Positions 41,029 through 53,875 are shown, numbered from the whole stretch's first letter. The stretch is 63,466 nt of DNA, filler included, from 22 parts of 22 records of this genome joined end to end with filler, not necessarily neighbours in it; one strand, 5' to 3'. The notes: generated by a model from the sequence alone, not told the origin. Made by a program: numbers and translations.

Positions 41029-42900
41029 TTATATAATATTTAATATAACATCATGTTGTATACCATAAAGTAAAAAATTAGGAAAGATTCCAAAAAAAAT
41101 AGAATAAAATGTTAAAACAGCTAAACTAAAATATTCTAAACGACCCAAATCTTGCGAAAGAGTTAATAATTTCCAAGAAGGTAATATTAATTGTTTTGTA
41201 GTTTTTTTAAAATAAGAATTAATAAATAAAGTTGGCCAAATTAGGTGACCGTATAATAATCTAGTTAAAAGTAACATATTATATACCGTATTTAGAAATA
41301 AACTTAAAAGTGTTACTAAACCAATGAATCAATTATGTTTTATTAAACCATAAATTACTAAAAATTCACCAATAAACCCAGAAGTTAAAGGTAATCCCAT
41401 ATTTCCAAAAAGTAGTAAAGTCAATAAAACAGAAAACTGCGGCATGCTTTGACTTAAATTTTTGATAGTGCTAATATCATAAGTTTTAAATCTATTAAAT
41501 AAAACACCCCCACAAAAAAAAAGTCCAGCAGATATAAATCCATGACTAAACATCATAAAAACTCCCCCGCTAACCCCAATCAAATTATTACTAAATAATC
41601 CTAAAATTCCGATATTCATATGAATAATAGAGGAATAAGCTATAATCTTTTTAAAATGAGTTTCCCTAAAAAGTATAAAAGAAGAGTAAAAAATACTAAT
41701 TAAGGCCAAAGTATAAATTAAAGGGAGAAAATAAAAATGATTAAAGAAAGGTAACATAAAAAAAATAATACCGTAACCCCCAAGTTTTAATAAAACGCCA
41801 GCTAACAGTATAGATCCTGCTGTTGGAGCTTCTACATGAGCTTCAGGTAATCACATATGAAAAGGAGCTATAGGTATTTTAATAGCAAAACCTAAAAATA
41901 AACCTATCCATATTAATTTAAACCTCTCTTCAGAAAGGTTTAAAAATTGGTAGTTTATAAAAATTTCATATAGGTTTAATGTTTGGTATTGATAATAAAT
42001 TAAAATTAGGCTGTTTAACATAAAAATAGAACCTACTAGAGTATAAATAAATAAATATCAGGCGGCTCTTTGTTTTTTAGCTCTATGTCCAAAGAGACCT
42101 ATTAAAAAGAATAAAGGTAACGTAGTAGTTTCAAACATTATAATAAAAATAAATAAGTTTAATGTAGAAAATCCTAAGATTAAAATTAAGATTAAAGATA
42201 CAATAAGTAGCAAAAATCATTTAATTTGGTACTTATTGTTATTTAAATCATTTCAATTACTAAATAAAGCTATAGGTGTTAAAAACAAAGTTAAAATTAT
42301 AAATATAAATTGAATGTGGGTTAAATACAAATTGCTAACTATAAAATTTACACTGTTAACAGTTTCTAAGCTGTTTTCATAAGAAAATAAAAAATAGTTA
42401 GTATTAAAAAGGTTAATTATTAAGTGATAACAACAAACCTTTAAATTAGTTAGTACAGAACTAAAAAAACAAAGTAAATATAGTAAATTCATTTTTTGAT
42501 TAATTAAAAATATTGTTATAAAAGAGGTTAATTTAAAAGTTAAATTTTGAGTAAATAAAAATAAAAAACTTAATTTTGCTAATAACGCAATATTTAAGTT
42601 AATATAATGATAAAAAAATTGAAATTGTGAGTTTAAATTAATATAATTAATAAATGTAAAGTACATTATTAATTTTTTTATTATTCTAAAAATTAAAAAA
42701 GTTTTAAAAATTAGTATTTGGTTAAAGTAGGTAGAAAAGTAAGTAAAAATAAAAATTATTAATAACAAATTAGAAAATATTAAAAAAATTCATAATAAGT
42801 ATTTAATATTAAAACAATTAGTATTAGCTAAAAAAACTATTAGCAAACTAAAAACAAATATGTATAAAAAAAAAGAATGAGTAATATTTATTATATAATG
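41029..42900 (-). CDS. nad4: Mitochondrial NADH dehydrogenase subunit 4 (TGA=Trp), start not determined
   Basis: KIPIAPFHM(TGA)LPEAHVEAPTAGSILLAGVLLKLGGYG, KKIIAYSS, SHGFISAGLF and NMGLPLTSGFIGE. The frame is open to the contig edge. Confidence 0.95.
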
Positions 42901-43048
42901 TAACCAATCAATGGCCCAGACAACTATGGTTCCAAACTCCAGCCGCTCNNNNNNNNNNNNNNNNNNNNNNNNNNNNNNNNNNNNNNNNNNNNTTAATTAA
43001 TTAANNNNNNNNNNNNNNNNNNNNNNNNNNNNNNNNNNNNNNNNNNNN

Positions 43049-43069
43049 TACACGACGCTCTTCCGATCT
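43049..43069 (+). other. Illumina TruSeq adapter remnant
   Basis: TACACGACGCTCTTCCGATCT at the contig start. Confidence 0.98.
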
Positions 43070-45940
43070 ATAAAATATGTGAAAATTAAATCTCAGTCAA
43101 ACTTTTTACAGCAATGCTCTGTGAAAAAACTAGTCCCTCCAACACTTAAAGTGAAACAAAGTGTTCAAATTAACTTTTCTGCAAAAAGTGAAATTAAATT
43201 TAGGAATAATATTAGAACTCTTGAACTAAGTAATTTAAAACTTGCTTGTGAAGAGATAAGAATACAGGTCAAATTATTCGAAAATAAAGTTAATCAATCT
43301 AAATTTAATTTATACCTCTCTTTTACTGAAGAGGAACAAGGTTTTCTAGATAATGAACTAAAAAGTAAGAGTGATAAATATTATCTAAAAGAAAAAAATC
43401 GCCTAATGACTAAGTTAAAGAACCTTGAAAGTAAAACCCATCCTTCTACACAACCTAGAGAAAGTGAAAATGAAAGTGATAACATACAGAGAAATGAAAA
43501 CACACAAAAAAAGAAAAAGAATAGACGTTGTGTAAAAAGGTCTAGGTATCGTAGAAGGATGAGAAGGCTAAGAAAGAAACCATTAGACGATCTTTTTATT
43601 AACTACAGTTCTCATGTTGTTACAGAAGCTGAAAAAAGTCTTTTGAATAAACATTTAAATTTTGTTCCCATTCCCGAGAAAATAAATAAAACGCAGTTAG
43701 AGTATGATATTGCCCGTTTCAAGCGTTCTTTAAGATGGCGTGAATATTTCTCAGATACAGATGCTCAACAAGAGCCATCAGAAATTATTTTCCCAGTGAA
43801 AAAACATAGTTTGCCAAAAGTTCCACCCTCACGGACTTTAAATGAATTCACATATGGATTTTCTAGTGATATTTTTTCATTTAAAAATATAAAGAAAAAT
43901 AATATAAATAGTGCAGAGCAAGGGGCAATAAATAGTCTTGTTAATAAACAAAGAATAGGTTTAATAGTGATGCAAAAAACAGATAAGAGCGGATCTGTAG
44001 CAATAATGAATAGACCTGATTACATAGATAGTGTAGAAAATGAACATTTAAACTCTAAGGTGACTAAAAGTGATGGTTCTGTTATATCTGTATACAGGCA
44101 GGTTCCCGAATTTATGGTGGGTGCCCAACATGCCAACATTTTAGAGGCAGCTAATTTAGCTGCAAGAAATGGTATTATCAGTTTTAGCACTGCACAACAA
44201 ATGGTTCCAGTAGAACCTAGCGCAGGGCGGGGCTATGCGATGCCAAAAGCCCACAAAGAGGTCCAAGAGGGTAAAACACTCCCTCCACTTCGCCTAGTAA
44301 TATCTGGGTGTGGCTCTAACACAGAGATGGCGTCCCATTTTGTAGACCACTACTGTAAAGATATTCCTCCCCAACTTCCAAGTTATATACAGGACACGCC
44401 AGATATTCTTAGACAAATTAAACACTTTAATTCCCTAGGTGCTCAACCAGATAATGCCATTATTGTAACAATAGATGTGGTAGCATTATATCCATCTATA
44501 CCAATAGATGAAGGCTTGGAAGCTTTCGAAGAGTATATTAGTGACAAACAATATAGGGAACAAAACATGCCATTTACATTTTTAATGACCTTATTAAGGT
44601 TTGTCCTTACTTATAATACATTTGTTTTTAATGGTAAATATTACACACAACAATTTGGCACACCTATTGGAGCCAAATCAAGTCCAACTTTTGCAAATTT
44701 ATTTATGAGCAGACTAGAAAAAAGGATTTTAGAAGGATGGAAGGGTAAAATGCCTGATATATGGAAACGGTACATAGACGACATTTTGTCTCTATGGACA
44801 GGCACAGAGATAGAACTTCTAAATTTCCTTAAATATATGAATACATTTCACCCCTCAATTAAATTTACCGCAGAATATAGAACTTTAACTGAACAAGTGA
44901 AAACTAAATGGAGTGAAAATAAGTTTGTGGTGGTAAGGAAACCCCTAGGAAATATAAGACCACGGTCTGTTGATTTCTTAGACTTGAATATCTACATAGA
45001 TGAAGCTGGAAATTTTCAGACCGATCTGTTTGTAAAAGAAACCAAGAAGAATACATATTTAAGTCCAGAAAGCTGCCATCCACTTCATATACCAAATAAT
45101 ATTCCATTTAGCCTAGGGTACAGAATACTAAGGGCCTGCTCAATAAATGAAACATTTAAATTGAGACTAAATGAACTTTCAAATGATTTGTTGGCCAGAG
45201 GGTATAACAAAAAAGTGATTAAATCTGCGTTTGATCGTGTAAAGCATGTAGATAGAGATACAGCATTAAAAAAAGTGATAAAAAACACAAATTCAAATAG
45301 AGTAACATGTGCAATAACTTATGATCCAAGGCTCCCAGAGCCTACGAAAATCATGAAAAAACATTATAATAATGCAGTTAAAACCCCAGGATTTAAAAAG
45401 GCATTTCCTGAAATTCCGAGAATTTGTTATCGTCGGTCAAGAAACCTGGGGGAAATGTTAATCAGGGCTAAACTACACAATTTGGACACAGATATCCATA
45501 ATTTAAGGCCAAAGCAGGGTTTTGTGAAATGCTCTTACAATACCCATGGATGTTGTTTATGCAAAAATAATGATAATGCAACAACACACACCTCGCTAAA
45601 TACAGGCAAGGTTCATCAAGTGAAAAGTCTAATTAGATGTACAGACACTTATATCATTTATACAATTCAGTGTAAAAAATGTCCTACAATAGAATACTGT
45701 GGAAAAACTACACAGCAGATTTCACAACGATTTTATCAACATTTTATGAGTGTGATGAATAAGGAAATAACTAAGCCTGTCTCAGAACATTTTAATCTCA
45801 GGGGACATACAATAAATGACATGAAAATGATCCCTTTTGAGAAATTAAGAGATAAGAATGAAACACGTTTGTCCCTGAGAGAAAAATATTGGATTTCAGA
45901 GAAAGACAGTATTACAAAAGGATTGAACAAGATCCTTTAA
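43070..45940 (+). mobile_element. Penelope-like retroelement ORF (RT + Cys linker + GIY-YIG endonuclease), Neptune-like, 5' truncated
   Basis: 953-aa ORF with PLE motifs (LNKHLNFVP, KTDKSGSVAIM, PKAHK, IDVVALYPSIP, QQFGTPIGA, RYIDD, FLD, SCHP), a CxxxxxxCxxC linker and IIYTIQC-x2-C..YCGKT..RF..H..VSEHF..H..E..WI..GLN. Confidence 0.93.
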
Positions 45941-48654
45941 TGCGAATTGCAACCTAANNNNNNNNNNNNNNNNNNNNNNNNNNNNNNNNNNNNNNNNNNN
46001 NTTAATTAATTAANNNNNNNNNNNNNNNNNNNNNNNNNNNNNNNNNNNNNNNNNNNNACTGTTTTTGTGACCAAAAATATTTTTTGTCAAAAATTTTGAA
46101 AACGGAAACATGATTTTTCACTTTTGCTAAATGAACTAATACGAACTTTGTACAACACCAAAACTTACATCTGACAAAACACTCACTTCACGCGAATTCC
46201 CGTAATCATCGTGTTACACCCAGGCGGTAGTTTTGAAAATGGTCACAGAATTCAAATATATTTATTACAAAATTATTATGATCGCCATAAACAAAAACAA
46301 GGCAGTCAAGATCACCCGGGAGTGTTTGCCTTAATTCGATTTTTTTTGTTTTTATTCACTAGGACCACCACCACCCCCTTCTCCTGGACCATCACCTTCT
46401 CAAGTATCTGATGATACAGGATCTCCGCCAACTCAGTCGTCGCAAAATGATGTACATACAACGTGCCACATTAATTTTTGAATTTTTATATTTTTCTCGC
46501 ATTTTTTTACACGACACGATTTGTGTGTTAATTTAAGTATCTATCATGTGGAATTACAATCCTTTGGTGCTGTTCATCAACGCGAGTTCAATAATAATTG
46601 TGAAGCTTGTAACGATATCCCATTCATAGATTTTCGTGCTCTTTAGATATAATTAGTTGCAAAAATAGGGCATCTCACCCATCTAAATATAAAACATTGT
46701 GCCATGTCAAAGAATAAATTTATAAAACTACACCTTTTATGTCAACATATTGTTATGATAGTTTGGAATGATAAAATATTTCTCTGGTTTAAATTTTTCG
46801 GGTGCGGTTTTGTTACAATATTCTCTTTATGTACCTCGCGTTAATGAACGTTCTTCAGAATATGTCATTCTGTGTTTTGGTGCAATTGCAGGGACAAATC
46901 AGCAAACTTGTATCCTTTTTCTTTCCTCCTAATGTAGGATCCTGGCCAAGTCGCATTGTTTTCGGTCGGCGATTTACAACCAAACTAATTTTTGAGACAT
47001 ACACGTATCACACAAGATGCCTAAGGACCCATCAACATGTTGTTTTTTGGAAAATTCAGCGGTGTAATTGTGAAAAGTGGCACTTTGTCGTCTGAAAAAG
47101 GTACCGTGAAGTGTTATAATCGCGTGAAAAACAGCTATTTATTTTTTTAAAGAGTATGTTCTGGACGCTTCATTTCAAAAAGTGTGATTTTAGAAAATGT
47201 ATTTATCCCTGTTTCAAATCCGGCTATTTATCCGATACACCTTTTCTTGGACATTATAATGCTTACATCGAAGTCGTGAACCAAAGAATACAAAATATAT
47301 AATAAAAATAGTGGACTACTCTAGAGAATGGGCCTGACTTTAGGTGGTATTTTTGGTAAATGATATGTAATTTTGTATATTTGTGCTGGAAAACGTTTTC
47401 AAAATTACATTTTGTTAGATGAATCCTGGAGTATCTTGTGTGGACTGTTTATGTACTAAAAACAGTTTGTAATACAACCTGATAGGAATGCAATATAAAT
47501 TAGACAGGATCTTACCCGAAAATGCCAATTCATATGTTATTGTTTCCAATTTTATAGAACAAACATTTTTTTCTGCTGACTGTGATTGTGCCAAAAAGTA
47601 CCAAATTAGCACAAATCCTGTGAAAAAATATGTGTTTTTTCTGTTCGATGTTTTTTGTATTCCTTGAATTTTATGTACAACACGATTGAAATTGCATGTT
47701 TTTTTGAGGGTTGGTTTTTTGCTTATAGAAAAACCACTCAATGAAAGATTGGTTCAGAATTCCACCAATTACGAATGTGGTTCGAAACCACCGGAGTGAT
47801 TTTCAATTGCTGCAGGTTTGTGCTAATAAAAACGACTTACATACTTTCACAGCCAGCATTTAAAAAGCCTTAGATTTTAATTTCAAACATTTGTTATTTT
47901 TTTATTTTTGGTATGTGTCTTGTGTGTTACCGATGTTTAGGTTTATGACCACGTGAAATCTAGTCGAGAATTTTTAGACAGTGTCCTTCCTATTCACGTT
48001 CTCATATCTTGTTGTGAAGCAGTTTTAATTTTGTCTGAGCATTTCTGCGCTTTTACGAAGAAACTGGAAATATTAGTCCCCATCTTTTTCCCTCATTGGT
48101 TTTACATGTTTGTGTTTTTAGGATGATTCTCCACCGACTGCGTCAGCACCGTAAGTTGTCGCGACTTTTGAACAGTTTCTTACTTTGCTAACTTGCTCGC
48201 AGAGACTTTTACATTCTGTGTTTGTAAAAGTTTGTTAAGATTTTATTGATTCTAAGCCCAATTACGCCCTGTACAGAGCAATGTGTTTTGAATTGATGGA
48301 AATGTTTCGTTTGGGAATTGGTGACTTTGTAAACATCTTCGCATTTTTAAACATCACGATCGATTTACAAGTCAAAATCTTTTTTGTGAACATTTTTTGG
48401 CATTGTCATGATATAAAAACCAGAAAATCAAGTTATCATTTTCAAACTTTTCCACGACAAAATATCCTTCAACCACAAATCAAGTCTTCAGCTTTGAAAA
48501 TGTGAAAAAAATGCAAAATTCTTAACACGCTCTGGATCTCCAACATATAAAAAANNNNNNNNNNNNNNNNNNNNNNNNNNNNNNNNNNNNNNNNNNNNTT
48601 AATTAATTAANNNNNNNNNNNNNNNNNNNNNNNNNNNNNNNNNNNNNNNNNNNN

Positions 48655-48677
48655 ATTCGGGTTTCTAACCGGGCGGA
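48655..48677 (-). ncRNA. Possible 5' end of SRP RNA, truncated by contig edge
   Basis: GC-rich TCCGCCCGGTTAGAAACCCGAAT downstream of argS resembles my recollection of Flavobacteriaceae ffs 5' ends. The diagnostic helix-8 core is not in the contig. Confidence 0.3.
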
Positions 48678-48764
48678 GTATAAAACAGAATTTTAAACAA
48701 AAAAAAGAATTAGAAATTAGTTTTATCTTTTTTAAGCACTCTAAATGATATTAATTATAAAAAA

Positions 48765-49370
48765 TTAATTTGGGTTTAGAACAACATCTTTGATGTTCTT
48801 TTTTTTGCAATAGAGACTTAATACGTAGTTTATAAACAAATGTACAAAGGCAATAGCGGCTATCGTATGTGGTGTAACTCCCCATAATTTATATGGAAAA
48901 TAATACGTCCAAACACCAAAATAGATCGTAATTATTTCTCCTACTGTAGGGAAAAGGATAACGACTCCAGTCATGATTAAAAATTTATTTAATAGTGTAG
49001 GGTTTTTCAGATTAGAAAATACTTTTCTTTCAATATTGTACATAAAAGTAAATGCTAACAACCATACAAAAAATAAATATTTAGGCAATTGAGTACTGAT
49101 ATTATGGTATTCCCAATAATTGTGTTTTGTGCCGTAATATTCTATGATAGTTCCAAGAGCACCTGTAACGAACATTCCGATAACCGGAATTTTCAAATTC
49201 CCCTTTTCAAGCTTGAACTTGTAAACTCGATATACAATTCTAAGTACCAATAGCAAAGCTATTACTTCTTGTTGCTTATATAGAAGTCCAATTATTATTC
49301 CCGCAGCAATAACTTTTAAAAGATAAGTAGCAATAATTTTGTATATTTCTTTGGTTTCTTTTGTCATCAT
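48765..49370 (-). CDS. Bacterial multi-pass membrane protein of unknown function (about 201 aa)
   Basis: Hydrophobic ORF. The ATG at 49370 lies 4 nt after the argS stop and is more plausible than the overlapping TTG at 49436. Confidence 0.75.
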   Translation of the reverse strand: MMTKETKEIYKIIATYLLKVIAAGIIIGLLYKQQEVIALLLVLRIVYRVYKFKLEKGNLKIPVIGMFVTGALGTIIEYYGTKHNYWEYHNISTQLPKYLFFVWLLAFTFMYNIERKVFSNLKNPTLLNKFLIMTGVVILFPTVGEIITIYFGVWTYYFPYKLWGVTPHTIAAIAFVHLFINYVLSLYCKKKNIKDVVLNPN

Positions 49371-49374
49371 ATAA

Positions 49375-51150
49375 TTACATTCTTTCAGGCACGTTAATTC
49401 CGAGTAATTCAAATCCTGACTTGATAATTTGGCCAACCTTATTTGATAGTTGAGTTCTGAAAAGTTTTAAGTTTTCATCCTCACATCCTAGAATATAAGA
49501 GCTTTGGTAAAAAGAATTGTAGTCTTTTACCAATTCATAGGTGTAATTAGCAATCAAAGCAGGACTTTGGTTTTTTGCAGCCAACTGAATTGTTTCTGGG
49601 TACAATTGAATCTGTTTGATCACTGCTCGTTCTTTCTCGCTGATAGAAATATCGGTAACAGGAGCACTGTAGTCAAAAGTTGCTTTTCTTAAGATAGATT
49701 GTATTCTAGCATAAGTATATTGGATAAAAGGCCCTGTGTTTCCATTAAAATCGATGGATTCCTTCGGGTCGAATAAAATTCTTTTTTTAGGATCTACTTT
49801 TAAAATATAATATTTCAAAGCACCCATTCCAATGGTATTGTATAATTTTTCTTTTTCAAGATCAGAATAGCCGTCTAATTTCCCTAATTCTTGAGAAATT
49901 TCTTTGGCAGTAGTGGTCATTTCTTCCATCAAATCATCTGCATCTACAACAGTTCCTTCTCTAGATTTCATTTTTCCTGAAGGCAAATCAACCATTCCAT
50001 AAGATAAGTGGTGCATATTGTCTGCCCACTCATATCCAAGTTTTTTTAGGATTAAAAATAATACTTTGAAATGATAATCTTGTTCGTTTCCTACGGTATA
50101 GGTCAATGAATCAATATCGTATTCTTTAAATCGTTCTATGGCAGTACCAATATCTTGGGTGATGTATACAGAAGTTCCGTCTGAACGCATGACAATTTTT
50201 TCGTCCAAACCTTCATCAGTCAAGTCAATCCAAATAGAGCCATCTTCTTTTTGATAGAATATTTCTTCTTTTAGTCCTTTGGCAACTACATCTTTTCCTA
50301 AGATATAGGTATCGCTTTCGTAGTAGTTTTTATCAAAATCTACTCCCATAGCCTTGTATGTACTGGCAAAACCATCATATACCCATTGGTTCATTTTTTT
50401 CCAAAGTGTAATCACAGCTTTGTCTCCAGATTCCCATTTCAATAACATTTCTTGGGCTTCTACTACTAAAGGGGCTTCTTTTTTCGCTTCTTCCTCCGTT
50501 TTTCCTTGAGAAATTAAACTAGCGATTTCTTTTTTATATTCCTGGTCAAATTTCACATAGTAGTTCCCTACCAATTTATCACCTTTTAATCCCGTGCTTT
50601 CAGGAGTTTCATTGTTTCCATACTTCTCCCAGGCAAGCATGCTTTTACAAATATGGATGCCTCGGTCGTTGATAATTTGTGTTTTGTAGACTTTTTTACC
50701 TGATCCAGCAATAATTTGAGATACAGAATAGCCTAATAAATTATTACGAACATGTCCTAAATGCAAAGGTTTGTTCGTGTTTGGAGAAGAGTATTCTACC
50801 AGTACCGCTTTTTTATTTTCTTGAGCAGTTACAATTCCGTAGTTTGTAGTATTATAAATAGTTTGAAAGTCCTGAATAAAATAACCGTCAGAAAGGATCA
50901 AGTTTAAAAAACCTTTTACGACATTAAAATCTTCAACAACTGAAATGTTTTCTTTTAGGTATTCTCCAATCTGTGTCCCTATAGCAACAGGATTTCCTTT
51001 GATTGTTTTTAACAAGGCAAAAACAACGAGGGTAATATCGCCTTTAAAACCTTTTTTAGTTGCTTGAAATTCTATCGATTCTATTTTTTTTTCGAAAATA
51101 GTAAATACCGCTTGTTTTACTGCAGTACTTAGAATGTTTTGAATACTCAT
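49375..51150 (-). CDS. argS: Arginine--tRNA ligase
   Basis: VEYSSPNTNKPLHLGHVRN (HIGH), KMKSREG and GNTGPFIQYTYARIQSI, ending GINVPERM. Bacteroidota type. Confidence 0.97.
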   Translation of the reverse strand: MSIQNILSTAVKQAVFTIFEKKIESIEFQATKKGFKGDITLVVFALLKTIKGNPVAIGTQIGEYLKENISVVEDFNVVKGFLNLILSDGYFIQDFQTIYNTTNYGIVTAQENKKAVLVEYSSPNTNKPLHLGHVRNNLLGYSVSQIIAGSGKKVYKTQIINDRGIHICKSMLAWEKYGNNETPESTGLKGDKLVGNYYVKFDQEYKKEIASLISQGKTEEEAKKEAPLVVEAQEMLLKWESGDKAVITLWKKMNQWVYDGFASTYKAMGVDFDKNYYESDTYILGKDVVAKGLKEEIFYQKEDGSIWIDLTDEGLDEKIVMRSDGTSVYITQDIGTAIERFKEYDIDSLTYTVGNEQDYHFKVLFLILKKLGYEWADNMHHLSYGMVDLPSGKMKSREGTVVDADDLMEEMTTTAKEISQELGKLDGYSDLEKEKLYNTIGMGALKYYILKVDPKKRILFDPKESIDFNGNTGPFIQYTYARIQSILRKATFDYSAPVTDISISEKERAVIKQIQLYPETIQLAAKNQSPALIANYTYELVKDYNSFYQSSYILGCEDENLKLFRTQLSNKVGQIIKSGFELLGINVPERM

Positions 51151-51170
51151 TAAGGTTAAAATTTGAGGAG

Positions 51171-51178
51171 CAAATTTA
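51171..51178 (-). promoter_or_regulatory. Bacteroidota -7 promoter element for argS
   Basis: TAAATTTG matches the TAnnTTTG consensus, 20 nt upstream of the ATG. Confidence 0.7.
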
Positions 51179-51383
51179 AGAATAAATAACGTGTTTGAAC
51201 AATTTATTTTCTGTCATCCCCTATTTTAATTGTGGAATCGTTGAATTGTGGAATTGTNNNNNNNNNNNNNNNNNNNNNNNNNNNNNNNNNNNNNNNNNNN
51301 NTTAATTAATTAANNNNNNNNNNNNNNNNNNNNNNNNNNNNNNNNNNNNNNNNNNNNTATCTTTGATTACTTACATACTTTAG

Positions 51384-52123
51384 GAGGAGACGTCGATCTT
51401 TTCGTTTGTTTCGAAAAAGAGCCCCAAGTTGATAGCAGACTCATTCTTCAGACAACCAATCCATCAGCAAACTGTGTGTCATCAATAACAGAAGGAAATT
51501 CAACGGAAAGTGTTGTAGTTGATGCAAAGAATGGCGTTCATTATGTGAAACTAATTGCATTTCGAGACACTGATGTTGTTGTCACTTTTGAAATTTTAAG
51601 AGAAGGTACGAAAACTATTTGTTTGATTGTTTGGTTGTGTGTGGTACGCGTGTGTACAGCTCGTGGAATGCACATGTCTTTATTTTTCTAAAAAAAGTCC
51701 CATAATTTTGTGAGTGACCAGAAATAAACATAAAAATGTTATACCATGTTAACTTTGCAATGTGAAATATAAAATAAATATTCTCCTATTGCGAATGAAC
51801 AATCCTTGCGGATTTCTCGTATTGAAAGTAGAGGTTCTTATTGCATATGGCAGAAATCCAAATGTTCATTTGAACATTGTTTTTTCATGATGCACGTGGT
51901 CATTTTTCTGTTAATTTCCTAACTTTCCGCCAAAACGTTTATAACAGAACACAAAATTAAAAAAATTAGTAAATGTCAATTCAAAAAAAACATGTTTTGA
52001 TTTAATTGTTTGTTTTACTTTTCAGACCCAGAGCCGACAAAAAGCGACAAAACTCTTGTAGTCCTCGTTCCACTACTTTTACTTATCTTTTGTTGTATTG
52101 GAGTGTACTCGTATAGACGTTCG
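51384..52123 (+). CDS. Exons of a type I membrane protein with a pre-peptidase C-terminal (PPC)-like domain
   Basis: Exon 51384-51605 (GDVDLFV..P..CVSSITEGNSTESVVV..GVHYVKLIAF) joins in phase 1 to exon 52026-52123 (LVVLVPLLLLIFCCIGVYSYRRS: TM helix plus basic residues). Confidence 0.55.
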
Positions 52124-53875
52124 GTAAGTTATCAAATCACAAGAATTTCATGGAATCTATTTTTATAAACTTGGCCAACTAGGCACCATTTATTTTTCAG
52201 CGATTGAGCGTTTTGTATCTATTCGTATTTTTTGTACATCATAATTGGCCACAATGGTAAATTGTTGAAAATTCTCGTTTAGAAATTCTGTTGGAATGCA
52301 TGGATTGACGTTTGTGGGAATATGCGATTGTTTATTGCATGTTTGAAATGTTTCTCAATCTTTCACATTTTCAGACTTGTGGACTGCATTTCAGTCAAAA
52401 AATAAATTTGCGAAAAATATCGAAATAAAAACACGTCATTTTTATCCAAGTGTGTGTATTTACCGAGCTATTTACAAGTTGTCGCAAACCTGCTTACGCA
52501 AGTGAACACGGGCAAACACAGTTCAAAAACTTAATCTTCAATTCAATTTTTTTTACATTTTCAAAACTGTGTTCAATTTCATTTGTTTTTCTTTAATTAT
52601 TATGATTTCAAATTCGAATTTCTACATCTGCGTGCGTTGTGTTGGAGACATGGAACATCGAACACAGTTTTGTATGTTTGAAGCTTTTAGTTTTGGGGAT
52701 TTAGTGAATTTGACTGTTTGAACTGTGTTGAAACTTCATATTTTCAAAGAATATGTTGTGCAAAAAACTTTGAAAGGTGATGACACGCGATTGTCTCTCC
52801 AGTTTGTTATATATTATATGCTGTGTGTTTGCGTGGCACCTCACAAGACTGAACTGGAAAAACGTATTTACAAGATTGACTTTCCAATAAAAATGTGCCT
52901 GTTTTGTTCAAAGCTTTAAATTTTTTAACATGTTTTCGATAATATAAACTCGTAAAACGTGACTAGGAATACATCACCTCATATGAACATTTTTATGTTT
53001 TCGGAAATTAAAATGCAGCCGCGCTGTGGAATTAGCAAGAGGACGTTTCGATTTAACTTGTTTGTCTTTTACCTTGCAAACACATACGCAAATTCCTGTT
53101 TTGTATGCGTAATTTTGGAAACCAAAATATAATGGGACAATATTAACAAAATATGTCCATCAACAATTTGGCCATTTGTTATGAATGTACACATGTTGGA
53201 CACTTCAATTCAAGTATACTATTCACATATACATTTCAAGGCAAAGATGGCACGCAGCAAATTCCAAACAATGCTGTATCTCCAGTAGATAAGGGACTTT
53301 TCTGAAAAGAAATCTCAAAACTTGATTATTTTTTTCACTTGAAAACCATTCCATTAACTTTGTATAGGCAAGTTTTGGAAACGTGTGTGTTCACACGTAC
53401 ACACATTGTATTCAACAATAACTTTTGGGTCACAAAAAAAAGAACAAACTTGCAATTCTCGTTTTTTGTTTTGAAACATTATTTGTACGGACAAAGGGGT
53501 GTGAATGATTTGATTTAGGCCTTTGTTAGTGAACACGAATTTGGTTATAATGGCACGTTCTTAAACTTTTGCGTCCATGCCCGCGCCATTTCTTAACTTC
53601 AAGAAGGAATTTTGTTGCCTGTTGTATTCTCCCAAATTTTGGAGTTTGAAATGACTAAAGTTAGTCTCATCTTTGAGAGATTATTTGAAAACGTTTTGTT
53701 AGGCGATCAGCTAATTGCTGCGGGGTAAGAGTTCTCCCTCGGCCTCCACACTCCACATTCCACACACAATTTATANNNNNNNNNNNNNNNNNNNNNNNNN
53801 NNNNNNNNNNNNNNNNNNNTTAATTAATTAANNNNNNNNNNNNNNNNNNNNNNNNNNNNNNNNNNNNNNNNNNNN

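Noticed and set aside
42901-42948. GC-richer tail read as part of nad4
   Set aside because: The abrupt composition change at the contig end looks like a chimeric or misassembled tip.
43070-45957. Hammerhead ribozyme or pseudo-LTR of the Penelope-like element
   Set aside because: The contig ends 17 nt after the stop and starts inside the ORF. No hammerhead core was recognised.
46058-48554. Pro-rich exon (GPPPPPSPGPSPS, about 46363-46452) and other exon-like pieces
   Set aside because: They could not be joined into a stop-free gene or assigned to a family.
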